A stretch of 64,000 bases of DNA from Promethearchaeota archaeon (GCA_014728035.1 WJMJ01000079.1:64001-128000); one strand, 5' to 3'; shown: positions 1 through 10,873, numbered from the stretch's first letter. Notes: generated from the letters alone by a model not told the origin. Translations and numbers: made by a program.

Positions 1-36
1 CTTGAAAATAAACTTGAAACCGATTATGATGACTGG

Positions 37-654
37 ATGGATATAGCATGGTTTGCAGTTTTGGTTTTAGCAATGATTCAAACCTTACTTCTCGTGATTG
101 ATGAACTCCCATTCATTTGTTTTCTACCTTCGCCTTTTCTTGGAGTATTATGTATAGGCATATTTGTAAACGGCTATAGAACTGTGGATATTACCTACAT
201 TATAGAGGAGCTTGAATATCTGGAATATCTACTCAAGAATAAAATTGAAAGAATTATCACTTTAAGCTCTGGTTTGGAATTTCAAGTATATGCGATTGTA
301 GAGACAAATTACAATCTATTGCATGATTTAAAGATAGAAATTTCACCTGACAGAGAATCTCTGAAGGTCACTTATTACGTTGGCTTGCCAAAAGAGCATT
401 TAGAACGAATTCAAATCCAAACTAGTAGCTTAGAACTCGTTGACTACTTGCAGAATATAGACCTGTCAAACACCCCTTCTTGGAAAATCAATACAGCAAC
501 CTCTACTGAAGAAATGAGTGTCATTTTTACCAATAATGTGAATAGTATTGATATCACTCAAAGCTCAACATATGTAAAAAGCCCAAGTTCACTAACAGAC
601 GATCTTCAGGAACTCGGTGAAATCGTGAAAAGTATCCTTGAACTGATCCGATAA
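37..654 (+). CDS. hypothetical protein with 2 N-terminal hydrophobic segments
   Basis: 205-aa ORF with a hydrophobic N-terminus and no recognisable motif; may start upstream of the window. Confidence 0.55.
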   Translation: MDIAWFAVLVLAMIQTLLLVIDELPFICFLPSPFLGVLCIGIFVNGYRTVDITYIIEELEYLEYLLKNKIERIITLSSGLEFQVYAIVETNYNLLHDLKIEISPDRESLKVTYYVGLPKEHLERIQIQTSSLELVDYLQNIDLSNTPSWKINTATSTEEMSVIFTNNVNSIDITQSSTYVKSPSSLTDDLQELGEIVKSILELIR

Positions 655-758
655 ACGATATGCATAAGTGTTGTATTGATATTGTTGCAACTAGAGAGAA
701 TATCTGGTTTGATAAATTGAATTATGTTATCAATTAGATTGGTGATGGGCTGGACATT

Positions 759-2081
759 ATGAAGATACGACTCAAAATTGATACTCAATGGATTCAACTG
801 GAAGAAAAGAGTATGGATCGGATTCGCAAATCATATGAGTCATGGGAGTCAGAAACCTTACGAAAAGCTCGTGATGCAAAAGATTTGAGGGGTCTTAGAG
901 AAATATTCTACCAGCTCGGAGACCGTTGGGAGTGGGACCAAGCAACTGGAGCTTGGTTATCTAGCGGAGAACCGTTGGATGCTGTTGGTCTTATTCTTAG
1001 TATGCCTGGTTTAGACGATGGAAAAGAGCGTTATGTAATCTATACTGTCATGGCATACAGTAAGGGTCTCACTCAGAAGTTTGACCACCTTGGTGATAAA
1101 GAACGAGTCATAGTTGAGATAGATAAAAAAACTGGGGATATGATTTGTTGGTCCACAACAGGTCATGGAGCAATGGACCTATTTCCAACCAGCCTAAACG
1201 CGTTCAAAGACTTTCAAGATGTATTGAATTCCTGTGATTTGGTAGCACAACCTGGAGACCATGCATTGAGACTTGAAATTCCAAAAGGAAAAAGAGAATT
1301 CCCGTACCTCATCGAGATACTCTGGGAAATGGCGGTTGGCCGTAGGGATTTCATTCACAAAGAAATTGATTTGTTGACAAACTCCGATATCGAAAACAAT
1401 CTTGATTTTAACTTTCACAGATATACAAAAGCAGTAATCCGTCTTGAACGTGCTTGGAAAGATTTGAAACAAAATCTTCTCGAGTCCGCTAAAGAAGCAG
1501 TTGTTGATGAGATCACTCCAAAAATAGAGAAACAAAACAAGCAATCACTAAGAATTATTGAAGGCCTCCTCCATATCCTTTGGTTCAGACCTCCTGCATC
1601 TCAGTTAAAATCTGTTAAGAAAGCACTTGAAACTTTGTCTAATGTTTCACACCCGACATCTGTTGAACAAACCTTGGTTGAGTGTTTGGGTGAACTTTCT
1701 GTTGCACTGAACGATGTGCTTGAGAGAGCTGAATATTTGAAGTGGAAAAGTGTAATTGATAAGAAAGGATATTCTGAAGCTGATGTATTTCAAAATCTTG
1801 CACTTTCTGAACTAGCAAAAGAAGCCCTAGCTGTGGCATTGGACGACATACTCAGGGAACATACTCTTTCGTATATCGGATATCCCGAACGAGCTACTAT
1901 TAAGAAAAAAATCATGAGAATTTTGTTTGGCACCGCTGTACTACCATTACGACTACTGTCAACATTTTGGGAACGACTCAAACTTCGTTTTCCTTTCCAA
2001 AAGAGTACTGATACTTCAGAAACCAGTAATTCTGATACTGAGATGCATATTGATGAATCAACTGATGAGTTTTCTTCATGA
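759..2081 (+). CDS. hypothetical protein
   Basis: 440-aa ORF with helical C-terminal half and acidic tail; start may be the ATG at 813. Confidence 0.7.
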   Translation: MKIRLKIDTQWIQLEEKSMDRIRKSYESWESETLRKARDAKDLRGLREIFYQLGDRWEWDQATGAWLSSGEPLDAVGLILSMPGLDDGKERYVIYTVMAYSKGLTQKFDHLGDKERVIVEIDKKTGDMICWSTTGHGAMDLFPTSLNAFKDFQDVLNSCDLVAQPGDHALRLEIPKGKREFPYLIEILWEMAVGRRDFIHKEIDLLTNSDIENNLDFNFHRYTKAVIRLERAWKDLKQNLLESAKEAVVDEITPKIEKQNKQSLRIIEGLLHILWFRPPASQLKSVKKALETLSNVSHPTSVEQTLVECLGELSVALNDVLERAEYLKWKSVIDKKGYSEADVFQNLALSELAKEALAVALDDILREHTLSYIGYPERATIKKKIMRILFGTAVLPLRLLSTFWERLKLRFPFQKSTDTSETSNSDTEMHIDESTDEFSS

Positions 2082-2139
2082 AATATATACCCACCATTAT
2101 ATAATATAGGCATTTCACGAGAATTTCTCTGGGATCAAA

Positions 2140-2967
2140 ATGAATGCGGATATTCGAGATGAACTAATCGAAACTCTCGATACCGCCCTTGCGCACACTC
2201 GCTATCTTGAAGAAGAAGGTGAAAGATACGAGGCTGTATTGTATTCTGGTATTGGAAGAACTATTGAGGCAATTATCAGACTAATAACAGTCCCAGATGC
2301 GGTAAGGGATCATTACGAAGGTGATGAACTAGGTATTGAGGAAATTGTTTCTGAAGGTGAGGTCTCTGTAGCAAGTGATGAAGTTGTTACTACTGATACA
2401 GTAACCGATGAAGTTGAGACTCAGGTGATTCCACAAGAGGAATGTGCACCTGAACGAAAGAATATTACTTCACGTGTAGTACCAGAACCAGGCAATGGAC
2501 TTCCTTCACAAAGAATAGCTCAAGAAACACTTGTGGGTCCTGATGGGGCTGAGCTCCAAAGGGAAACGCTGACATATCTTGGAAAGATAGAGTGGTCTGG
2601 TAAATGGCTAGCTACAAAAGGTGAAAAATTTGTTATTACTACCTCGACGACATTTACTGATGAAGCTGGTTTAGAAACTAGATTTGAGCTTCGCAGATAT
2701 AATTCCGAGGAAGCACTAAGATCCGATACGGGCCATATACTACCTATTACCGGAGATATGCCACCGTACTGGGATGAAGATACTGGTCTTTGGGCACTAG
2801 TGATAACATCCGGTGATGAATCACAGCTCGAATGGATGAAAGACGTGGACATAATTCGAGGTAATATTAATCATGCTATGCGTCTATTCTATCGAGCAAC
2901 TAGAATCTTCTCAATGAAGCGGCTATGTGGCGAACATGTAGAGGCTTCGTTCCCTGATAAGCACTAG
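2140..2967 (+). CDS. hypothetical protein
   Basis: 275-aa ORF with an acidic low-complexity linker between two domains. Confidence 0.7.
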   Translation: MNADIRDELIETLDTALAHTRYLEEEGERYEAVLYSGIGRTIEAIIRLITVPDAVRDHYEGDELGIEEIVSEGEVSVASDEVVTTDTVTDEVETQVIPQEECAPERKNITSRVVPEPGNGLPSQRIAQETLVGPDGAELQRETLTYLGKIEWSGKWLATKGEKFVITTSTTFTDEAGLETRFELRRYNSEEALRSDTGHILPITGDMPPYWDEDTGLWALVITSGDESQLEWMKDVDIIRGNINHAMRLFYRATRIFSMKRLCGEHVEASFPDKH

Positions 2968-3698
2968 TTTAGACCAAGAACTGGTAAGAGATCCCGTGGA
3001 GAATTTATGACAATAGTTCCTTCTGGGGCTTTGTCTTTCTCCTCTGGATTTGCCCATGTGACAAGAATTGGAATCATCCCTGCACGGATTGATGCTTTTA
3101 CATCAACGTCTACGTAATTACCTACAAATGCACATAACTTTGGATTTACTTTTAGGATGTCTGCAGCTTGCAATAGTGTAAATGGATTTGGTTTGGCATA
3201 TCCCTTCACACCACTCCATGTTACAGCATCAATCAGATGAAGGACGTTAGAACGTTTCAGAAACGAAGTGGGATTATCATGCCTTCTTGTGCATATGCCA
3301 ATCGCATAACCTTCTTTGTGTAATATCTCCAGAGTTTCTTTTGCATCTTCAGTCAACATTTCATAATCCGTTTCTCTGGTTTCGTATTTGAATCTCTTTT
3401 CAAGGTTGATAATGATGTCTTTTTCAATCTTGGTAAATCCAAGTTCTTTGAATATGATTCTGTCTGCTTCTATCCAATCAGATGGCTCATGACCCCAATG
3501 TGGTTCAACATTTTCCCGGATGCAGTATTCAGAAAGCCAATTATCTGACTTTCTGAACGCGTCCTTAATCTCCTTATCGGTTATTCCTTCAAGGTTTATA
3601 CCAACAGAAATTGCTATTTCTTTAAACACGGCTAAAGCTGACTTTTTAGTACGAGTGATAGTGTGGTGTAAATCAAAGATAATCGCTTTGACGTTCAT
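2964..3698 (-). CDS. HAD-superfamily hydrolase
   Basis: motif I IIFDLHHT, motif II ICT, motif III KPNP, motif IV FVGNYVDVD (variant). Confidence 0.85.
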   Translation of the reverse strand: MNVKAIIFDLHHTITRTKKSALAVFKEIAISVGINLEGITDKEIKDAFRKSDNWLSEYCIRENVEPHWGHEPSDWIEADRIIFKELGFTKIEKDIIINLEKRFKYETRETDYEMLTEDAKETLEILHKEGYAIGICTRRHDNPTSFLKRSNVLHLIDAVTWSGVKGYAKPNPFTLLQAADILKVNPKLCAFVGNYVDVDVKASIRAGMIPILVTWANPEEKDKAPEGTIVINSPRDLLPVLGLN

Positions 3699-3815
3699 GT
3701 TCTTTTCAATTCCTCGCGTGTTTAGTTAATTAGGCAAACTTAGGTTATAGGTAGATATCGCACTCGATAAGTAATTATTGTAATGATTTGTAAGTCACCA
3801 AGAGGTTCTCATCAT

Positions 3816-5003
3816 ATGAAGCGAATCGGGATAGTTGGCAATGGTATTGCTGCAATTACAGCAATCCGCGAAATAAGAAAAATAGGAAACGATATTGCAA
3901 TTGATGTCTTCACCGATGAGAAATATCCCTATTACCCGAGACCCAAACTAATTGACATAGTAAGTGGGAGTATTTCAGAAAGTGATATCATTCAATTTGA
4001 TCTCAAATGGTATAATGAAAATAACGTAAATCTTCATCTTTCAGAACCAGTGACTGAAATTATTCCTGATTCTAAGACAATTCTCACAGCATCTGATACT
4101 TACTTCAACTATCATAAGATATTGTTAGCAAATGGTAGCCACCCGTTTGTCCCTCCTATTCATGGGGTTGAAAAGAAGAGAGTTCATGTTCTACGGACAT
4201 TAGATGATGCTATTTCTGTTAGAGCTGATGTCAAAGGTGCAGGCCGGGAGATAATTGTGGGTGGTGGTATCCTTGGAATTGAATTAGCTGCTGCCATGAA
4301 AGAGCTTGGTGGCTCACCAATAGTTATTAGTAATATCCATCAATTATTACCTGCACAACTTGATGCAGGTGCAAGCGATTTTCTGATACATCGTTTAGAG
4401 GATATGGGTATCTCCATCTATCTTGGTTTCATGTGTCGTGAGATTTCAGGTGCAGATCAGGCAACTGGTGTTGTTTCAACAACTGGTGATAAAATCAAGG
4501 GAGATAATGTAGTAATTGCTACTGGAGTGAGACCCAATACTTCACTAGCAAGTGAATCGGGAATTAAAGTTAACCTGGGAGTTATTGTGGATCAGTATAT
4601 GCAGACATCAGTGCGCGACATCTACGCTGCAGGAGATTGTACTGAATGGAATGGTGTTTGTTGGGGTATCATTCCCGTTGCATTGGAAACTGCTAGATGT
4701 GCAGCAAAAAACATTGTTGACCATGGATCTGCTCACTACGCAGGTACTACTCCCTCTAACACATTGAAGGTCGCAGGTATTGAGTTGACCTCTATTGGAT
4801 TGTTTAATGTAAGGTCTCCAGAATATCGTTCTATTGTAAGCGCAAATGATGATAGTGGTACATATTTCAAAGCTGTACTAAAGGATGATGTCTTTGTAGG
4901 AGGAATAGCCTTAGGTGATAGAAAAGTGGCAATGAATATGCGGAGAGCGATTGCTAACAAAACAATCATATCAGATCCAAACCGCGAATTGTTTGAGCAG
5001 TGA
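3816..5003 (+). CDS. FAD/NAD(P)H-dependent oxidoreductase (NirB/rubredoxin-reductase-like)
   Basis: GNGIAA FAD motif, YYPRPKL, GGGILGIE NAD motif, ATGVRPN, TSVRDIYAAGDC; start set at ATG 3816. Confidence 0.9.
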   Translation: MKRIGIVGNGIAAITAIREIRKIGNDIAIDVFTDEKYPYYPRPKLIDIVSGSISESDIIQFDLKWYNENNVNLHLSEPVTEIIPDSKTILTASDTYFNYHKILLANGSHPFVPPIHGVEKKRVHVLRTLDDAISVRADVKGAGREIIVGGGILGIELAAAMKELGGSPIVISNIHQLLPAQLDAGASDFLIHRLEDMGISIYLGFMCREISGADQATGVVSTTGDKIKGDNVVIATGVRPNTSLASESGIKVNLGVIVDQYMQTSVRDIYAAGDCTEWNGVCWGIIPVALETARCAAKNIVDHGSAHYAGTTPSNTLKVAGIELTSIGLFNVRSPEYRSIVSANDDSGTYFKAVLKDDVFVGGIALGDRKVAMNMRRAIANKTIISDPNRELFEQ

Positions 5004-5004
5004 A

Positions 5005-6300
5005 TTATTCTGAAATCTCCAAAAGAGGTTGACGTCCTTTGCCTTGAGGGATTAATGTGATTACACGATCTACTGACTGTTTTAATTCCTCCATATGGGT
5101 AACCACAATAACTTGATTGATAGAGTCCAATCCTTGGACTGCATCTGGTAGCCATCTTCTTCTGTGAGAATCCAATCCTGCTCCGGGCTCATCCAGAATC
5201 AATAGTCCTGGTGGTGGACTTGCAATGGAGTGTTTCTGTAGTGCAGTATTCATTCCAACCCGCAGTGCAAAATTCACACATACATCTTCTCCACCTGAAG
5301 CTGCCATTAGGGATACTTTGTTACCTTTGAGGTCGAAGAGCGACACATCATAATCATCATCTATGACAAGATCACTGTACTTATCACCAAAGATTTCTTT
5401 GAATATGGTCCGAGCCTCCTGCCTTATGTGTGGTCGTAATTGAACCTCTGCAATATCTGGTATTGTTTGCAATATTCTCTGAAGCTGCTTTGATATTTTC
5501 ATATCATGTGAAATCTCATCAGGCCTATCTGTAATGTTGGGTTTTCCCAGTTCAGAATCAATATCCTCTACTGACATTCTAACTTTTTCCAATATGGTTT
5601 CTATAGATGAAACATCGAAATCTGGAACATCTTGGTTTATTCTTTTGATTGTACTTCTAGCTGCCTGTATTTCGTCATCAGATGGAAGAAGCGATTTTAT
5701 GCTTTGGAGATTCTTTCTTGCTTCCTTGATGGCTTGAAGTTCTTTTCTTAAAGCTTTGAATAGTTTCTTTGTTTTTCCAGTGGTAGTGTTGTATATACCC
5801 AGACCCATCATGTTGTATAGATTAGCTCTTCTTTTACTAGGGGTCGAACGTGAAAGACTGTCTATTTCTCCTTGTCTTACATATGTCAATGCTGAAAAAG
5901 CATGGCGGTCCATTCCAAGAATTTTCTCTATCTCTTCATTTACTTTTCTGGGAGTGCTTTCAATTGGTGCGTGATCTGGCTCAAGTCGGAGTTCGGCTGT
6001 CGTTCTTCCATGATATATATTCCTAATAACTGAATATTCTCTCTGATTCACTGGGGCTATAAATGTGAGTTTGACCTTGCTTTTTCTTTGGCGGTGTTTT
6101 ATCAGATCGTCAACTTTTCTAATTGTCTTGTCTTTTCTTGTTATCCTCTTGAATAAAGCGAATTCAATTGCTTCAAGAATAGTTGTTTTCCCTGAACCAT
6201 TTGGTCCCACGATAGCAAGAGAGCCTTTGTCAAACTCAAATAGTTGATCAGCAAACACTTTGAAATTTTTTAGTTCAAGCGATTTTAACATTTCATTCAC
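5005..6300 (-). CDS. rad50: short Rad50/SbcC-like ABC ATPase (no zinc hook)
   Basis: LELKNFK, Walker A GPNGSGKT, Q-loop YVRQGE, signature ASGGE, Walker B/D-loop LILDEPGAGLD, VVTH; only 431 aa; 4-bp overlap with the mre11-like gene. Confidence 0.8.
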   Translation of the reverse strand: MNEMLKSLELKNFKVFADQLFEFDKGSLAIVGPNGSGKTTILEAIEFALFKRITRKDKTIRKVDDLIKHRQRKSKVKLTFIAPVNQREYSVIRNIYHGRTTAELRLEPDHAPIESTPRKVNEEIEKILGMDRHAFSALTYVRQGEIDSLSRSTPSKRRANLYNMMGLGIYNTTTGKTKKLFKALRKELQAIKEARKNLQSIKSLLPSDDEIQAARSTIKRINQDVPDFDVSSIETILEKVRMSVEDIDSELGKPNITDRPDEISHDMKISKQLQRILQTIPDIAEVQLRPHIRQEARTIFKEIFGDKYSDLVIDDDYDVSLFDLKGNKVSLMAASGGEDVCVNFALRVGMNTALQKHSIASPPPGLLILDEPGAGLDSHRRRWLPDAVQGLDSINQVIVVTHMEELKQSVDRVITLIPQGKGRQPLLEISE

Positions 6301-7364
6301 TCTCCCGTGATACGACCGACCAAATCTAAAAGATCATCAAGACCTTCTTCATCAGTCTGTTCAATATAATCTCTGATACTCGCTTCGATATTGAGTGGTT
6401 GTTTGAGTTTGATTTCTCTTGGTCCATAACATATCCAGTTTGGCTCCACATGCACAAAAAGTGAATTAAGCTGATTTTCCGCATGTTGAAGAATTTTTAT
6501 TCTATCAAGACCATTTTCGGTTTCGGAATCTATTATTCCGTCAACTCTAACAATTACAATAGCTCCATCTTTTTTCGGTGATAATTTCGAAATCATTCCC
6601 TGTAAGTATGAATTAGCCTCATCAGGTCCCATTCCAGTGATTTTTGCTTGTGGAAACTTGAACTCTCTAACATCATTGAGATTTTCAGTTGAGTATTCAT
6701 TTCCTTGAGAATCACTGTCAACTACAATGAGTTTCTTTTTACCGCCAACTTCCTTACTCCAATTAACATAACATGTTGAACCGGGTCGTCCAATATCATA
6801 TTCCTCATCTAACCAAAAACTATGTGCATGTCCACAACCATAGTAGTTGAAATGGATTGGTAATCGTTCCTTCTTTACTGGGATGTGATGAGCAAAAAGA
6901 AAAGCGGGGTCAGTCTGTGGAACAATTGAATTCAGCTTTCTCTCGAATAATTTGTCGCGCGTCCAAGAAAAAAGATGAACCTCAATTTTCCTTCCATCGA
7001 TATCAATTTTATGTGCTTTATAGTGATCATTTCCTGTTGACTTCACAACACCAGCTGATTCCAGTGCAGAAATTGGGCTTTGGATGTGACGATAGCCATA
7101 AGGAATATCATGATTCCCATGAACTAGGAACACTTCTACCTTATCTTGTATACTCTTGAAAAGGTCCATTGCAAAAGTCAAATCTTCCATGGATGGCAGT
7201 GGATTTTCAAAAAGGTCTCCTGTATGAACTAAAATATCGGGAGACTTTCGCATAGCCATGTCAATAGCTTTCTTTAGACATTGCCTAACATCATCCTTAC
7301 GTTCTACCAATTGAAAAAGTGTTTTTCCTAGATGCGAATCCGAGATATGTGCAATACGGACCAT
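6297..7364 (-). CDS. mre11: Mre11/SbcD-like DNA repair nuclease
   Basis: phosphoesterase motifs HISDSHLG, GDLF, GNHD, FAHH, GHAH, PGS; coupled to the Rad50-like gene; start set at ATG 7364. Confidence 0.85.
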   Translation of the reverse strand: MVRIAHISDSHLGKTLFQLVERKDDVRQCLKKAIDMAMRKSPDILVHTGDLFENPLPSMEDLTFAMDLFKSIQDKVEVFLVHGNHDIPYGYRHIQSPISALESAGVVKSTGNDHYKAHKIDIDGRKIEVHLFSWTRDKLFERKLNSIVPQTDPAFLFAHHIPVKKERLPIHFNYYGCGHAHSFWLDEEYDIGRPGSTCYVNWSKEVGGKKKLIVVDSDSQGNEYSTENLNDVREFKFPQAKITGMGPDEANSYLQGMISKLSPKKDGAIVIVRVDGIIDSETENGLDRIKILQHAENQLNSLFVHVEPNWICYGPREIKLKQPLNIEASIRDYIEQTDEEGLDDLLDLVGRITGE

Positions 7365-7523
7365 TACCACAACTCCAATGGATAGTTCTAGTATTTCATG
7401 AACTACCCTCAATCACTCTAAGTTTCTCTAACCGATATATCAATGCTATTGTGATGTGTTTTTACTCCAATTGATTGGAGTTTATATAATTGGAACAGAC
7501 ATAACTTGTGACTACTTTATCTG

Positions 7524-8450
7524 GTGAATGTGATGACCAGTTTAACTAATACTCAAGTCGAAGAGGAAAAACAACAAAAACCAGTGCTATCAAGACTAGG
7601 ATTATTGTGGCTCGCCTTATTGATGCTCTCAATTGGAACAATATGGCGGATTGTTGACATCTTTGTTTTAAATCTAGGCGAAACCCCGATGAATATCTTG
7701 CCATCCAAATTAGGACCTTTGTTGGTCATATTACTGGTCTTTTGGAAATTCCGTCCCACCGAGATTAAATCTATTTTGGGCCTCTCACAGGAAGATTACC
7801 GTGTTCAGATCACAGTTGGAATCTTAATGGGCTTCACAGTGATATTTTCAATGGTTTTTCTTGCGCCTATTTTGTACAATATCTTTGTTGACCCAACATA
7901 TCCCCTCACAATTAATATAATTCATGCAGACCTACTCTGGTATATGCTATTTTTCTTCTTTGTGAATGCAGTATTTGAAGAGATTCTCTTTCGTGGACTT
8001 CTTCAGAATGCTCTGAACACAAAATTAGACTTCAAATATGCATTATTCATCCAAGCAGCAATATTTGGCATATGGCATGCTACCTGGCCATTGATTAACG
8101 GACCAACTAGCAGCACCTTCATTCAAGAAGCGATTTCTGTTGTTGTGCTATCCGGCATCCTTGGAGCTTTCTTTGGATTGTATTATGAGAAGTTTTCACA
8201 TAGAAGAACACTAATTGGAACAATTACAGCACATACTATCTTTAACTTCATGAATGAGTGTTTCAAAGTTGGTCCCTCTCCAACTGTTCAAGGACCTGAT
8301 TTTTCATTTACAGAACCTGGTCTGATGGTAATTTCTTTGTTGCTGTTCGCTATAACTTTTGGTTCTATGATAGTCCTAGCTCTTAAATACCAGATAGAGG
8401 ATGTGTCGAATCTAAGAAGAAAAGTAGATTCTCTTCTCAGGAGGAACTAA
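7524..8450 (+). CDS. CPBP (Abi/type II CAAX) intramembrane metalloprotease
   Basis: multiple TM segments; EEILFRG, FGIWH, AHTIFN motifs. Confidence 0.9.
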   Translation: MNVMTSLTNTQVEEEKQQKPVLSRLGLLWLALLMLSIGTIWRIVDIFVLNLGETPMNILPSKLGPLLVILLVFWKFRPTEIKSILGLSQEDYRVQITVGILMGFTVIFSMVFLAPILYNIFVDPTYPLTINIIHADLLWYMLFFFFVNAVFEEILFRGLLQNALNTKLDFKYALFIQAAIFGIWHATWPLINGPTSSTFIQEAISVVVLSGILGAFFGLYYEKFSHRRTLIGTITAHTIFNFMNECFKVGPSPTVQGPDFSFTEPGLMVISLLLFAITFGSMIVLALKYQIEDVSNLRRKVDSLLRRN

Positions 8451-8453
8451 AAA

Positions 8454-9113
8454 ATGCAAACTAGCACAGAACTTACCGCATTTAGTGCCTTGGGTGCGGC
8501 TTTACTAAGTTTGATAGTTGGATTATATCTATTCTATCTTTGGAGAAAACAAAATGTTTCAATGTACACCGACCTTCCTTTTCTATTTGGAATAACCTTC
8601 ATTGCAATGTTTCTGAATATGCTAATTCAATCATTACCTGGTCTTGGTTTGGTTGAGGCTACATTACTACTCTTTAGAATCAGATCACTTGTAATATTTG
8701 GATCTGCCTTCCCATTGCTTGCTGTAATATTGATTATTTGGTTTCCTCAGATACAACATCATCACAATAAGATACTCCTCGTTCTTGCTATTTATTGGGT
8801 TCTCATAACTCTAATTGGTACAAGTGAGTCCTTAATCATGATTCTTCTAGTTCCTATTTTATTGGTATTAATCATTGGGCTCGTTGCTACATTTTTTGTT
8901 ACTTGGCGAACTAATCGCTTGAAAGAAGTTAGAAGTGAACTAATGATGATGTCATTAATTCTTTCTATTATATCGCAAGTTGGTGGTGTTTCATTACGTG
9001 CGATGGAATTGGGTTGGATAGCGAACCTCGTTAATGCAATTGCTACGATTCTGGCGGCTTTAGCTTTTGCAAATCCTTGGTATCGAAGAAAAAGTCATAC
9101 AGACCAAACCTGA
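8454..9113 (+). CDS. 7-TM integral membrane protein, unknown function
   Basis: about seven hydrophobic helices; 3 bp downstream of the CPBP gene. Confidence 0.75.
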   Translation: MQTSTELTAFSALGAALLSLIVGLYLFYLWRKQNVSMYTDLPFLFGITFIAMFLNMLIQSLPGLGLVEATLLLFRIRSLVIFGSAFPLLAVILIIWFPQIQHHHNKILLVLAIYWVLITLIGTSESLIMILLVPILLVLIIGLVATFFVTWRTNRLKEVRSELMMMSLILSIISQVGGVSLRAMELGWIANLVNAIATILAALAFANPWYRRKSHTDQT

Positions 9114-9175
9114 TTGTTGACAATGAAAGTGGAGAGCGATGGCAGTTCAATACTACCATAGCTGTCCTTCACTTT

Positions 9176-10729
9176 CTATCCATAAATTGTACAGCTTTCT
9201 AAAATTTTTCTATCCGTTGTTAGTGGTATTGGTTTTGCTTGAATGTGACTTGATTTGACTATATCTTCGAAGTGGGATTTTACCATTCTAACCAAACTTG
9301 TAGGACCAAGGGCACCTGTTTCTCTGACTACACGGAACTCTTCGTTTGTTTGTTTTAAGTGGTCTTCAAATGCAAAAACAAACTCTGTGATATCCACTTC
9401 GGAATTTCTGAACATTGCTGCAATTGTGTACTGTGGAAGTCCATTATTAACAACACCGACAACACTGTAATCCATTAGCTCCGCACTAGTTCTAGAGCAT
9501 GCATATGTTATTGCATTTGAAACATGTGCTTCGGATAATTTCTCACCTGAAAGGTTGACTACCCTGCCTTTTCTCCCAACAGAGCGAATAGTATATGGTT
9601 GAGTATCAGTGATTGTCAACATGTCCCCATTTCGGTATCTATAGTATCCCCCAATTGTAGTCAAGACAATCTCATATCTGAAGCCCTTCTTAACCTCTGA
9701 AAGAGGAATTACTTTTGGATTTGGTTTCTCACATTCCTTTTCTGGAATGAATTCAAAATATGTTAGATGGGGGATTAGTTGCATTCCTTTTTTATCTGGA
9801 TACATCTGACCAGCAAAACATCCTTCTGACCCTCCATATACTTCCCAAATCATGGTGTCCGGTAATGTTTTGCTAATCCATTCTCGATATGGATCTGTAT
9901 CTATACCCATGGCATAGAAAAGTTTCAAATCTGGCCAGAGTTCAGCAACATCTAATTTTCCATCACTATACATGGCTCTTCTAATTTTCGACTCGTGTTT
10001 CGTTCCCTTTAGCTCTTCAAGCAACCAAGGACCATAGAGTTCTTGCATTCTTCTCATGAGCGCAAGAGATAAAGTAGTAATACCTTGCAAAGCAGTTATC
10101 TTCTCAGTTGCTGCTATTTTAGCATACGCTCTCATTTTGTCATCCATATCTGTTATATTGAATATCTCTTCACCTGGCTTCATCAATCTTTGAAAGATTT
10201 TGTTCTGTCTTCGTCCTAAGACACCAGTTGCATAACCAACAGGGATTCCGTTGATAGTATCTAATTCTGCTGGCGCTCCAAAAATGAGCATGGTGCCATC
10301 AAGAATCTTGGGATGCTCATTATCGGCCATCATAAATGCCATCAATGTATTCATTGAACCTTTTGATGTGTCCTTACTTCCTGATGCTGTAACTGGTAAA
10401 TGCTTTGGCTTACCAGTGGTTCCAGAAGTTTGGAGATATGCAAATGGACTCTCCATAGTCAATGCTTGACAATCTGGGTCATCATATATCCTTTGTAAAT
10501 ATGGTAACCGTGATTGATGTGTAGAAAGTGGAACTCTTTCCATCCATTCGTCAATATTACATATTGATTGAAAATCATATTCCATACCAAATTGGGTATT
10601 TTTCTGACTTTCAATTATTTCAAATAATTTTTTTTCAGAGTGTTCGATTGGAGCACTTAGAATCCTTTCCATTTCTTTGAATTTCTTTCGTGCTAATACC
10701 GACACCAGACGCCTCATAATCGACATCAT
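9176..10729 (-). CDS. GH3-family adenylating enzyme (acyl-acid amido synthetase-like)
   Basis: TSGTTGKPKHLP, YGGSEG, YFEFIP, YRYRNGD, GEKLSE motifs; GGAGG RBS before ATG 10729. Confidence 0.85.
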   Translation of the reverse strand: MMSIMRRLVSVLARKKFKEMERILSAPIEHSEKKLFEIIESQKNTQFGMEYDFQSICNIDEWMERVPLSTHQSRLPYLQRIYDDPDCQALTMESPFAYLQTSGTTGKPKHLPVTASGSKDTSKGSMNTLMAFMMADNEHPKILDGTMLIFGAPAELDTINGIPVGYATGVLGRRQNKIFQRLMKPGEEIFNITDMDDKMRAYAKIAATEKITALQGITTLSLALMRRMQELYGPWLLEELKGTKHESKIRRAMYSDGKLDVAELWPDLKLFYAMGIDTDPYREWISKTLPDTMIWEVYGGSEGCFAGQMYPDKKGMQLIPHLTYFEFIPEKECEKPNPKVIPLSEVKKGFRYEIVLTTIGGYYRYRNGDMLTITDTQPYTIRSVGRKGRVVNLSGEKLSEAHVSNAITYACSRTSAELMDYSVVGVVNNGLPQYTIAAMFRNSEVDITEFVFAFEDHLKQTNEEFRVVRETGALGPTSLVRMVKSHFEDIVKSSHIQAKPIPLTTDRKILESCTIYG

Positions 10730-10853
10730 ATTATCCTCCGTACTTTCGAGAGAGAGTACTATTTTATATGGCGCCATACATTGAGTATATTACTTGCCTT
10801 TTGAATGAAGAAGTTTTAATATGCCTTAATGTATATTTTATAGAACTAATAGT

Positions 10854-10873
10854 TTTCCACGACAGCTTATATA
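10854..10873 (+). promoter_or_regulatory. candidate extended BRE + TATA (TTTCCACGACAG-CTTATATA) upstream of the recombination operon
   Basis: BRE-like CGACAG directly before CTTATATA; the same 12-mer occurs inverted at 29125-29136. Confidence 0.4.

Noticed and set aside
8454-9113. 7-TM protein as a microbial rhodopsin
   Set aside because: No retinal-binding Lys (DxxxK) in helix 7 and no RYxDW-type motif in helix 3
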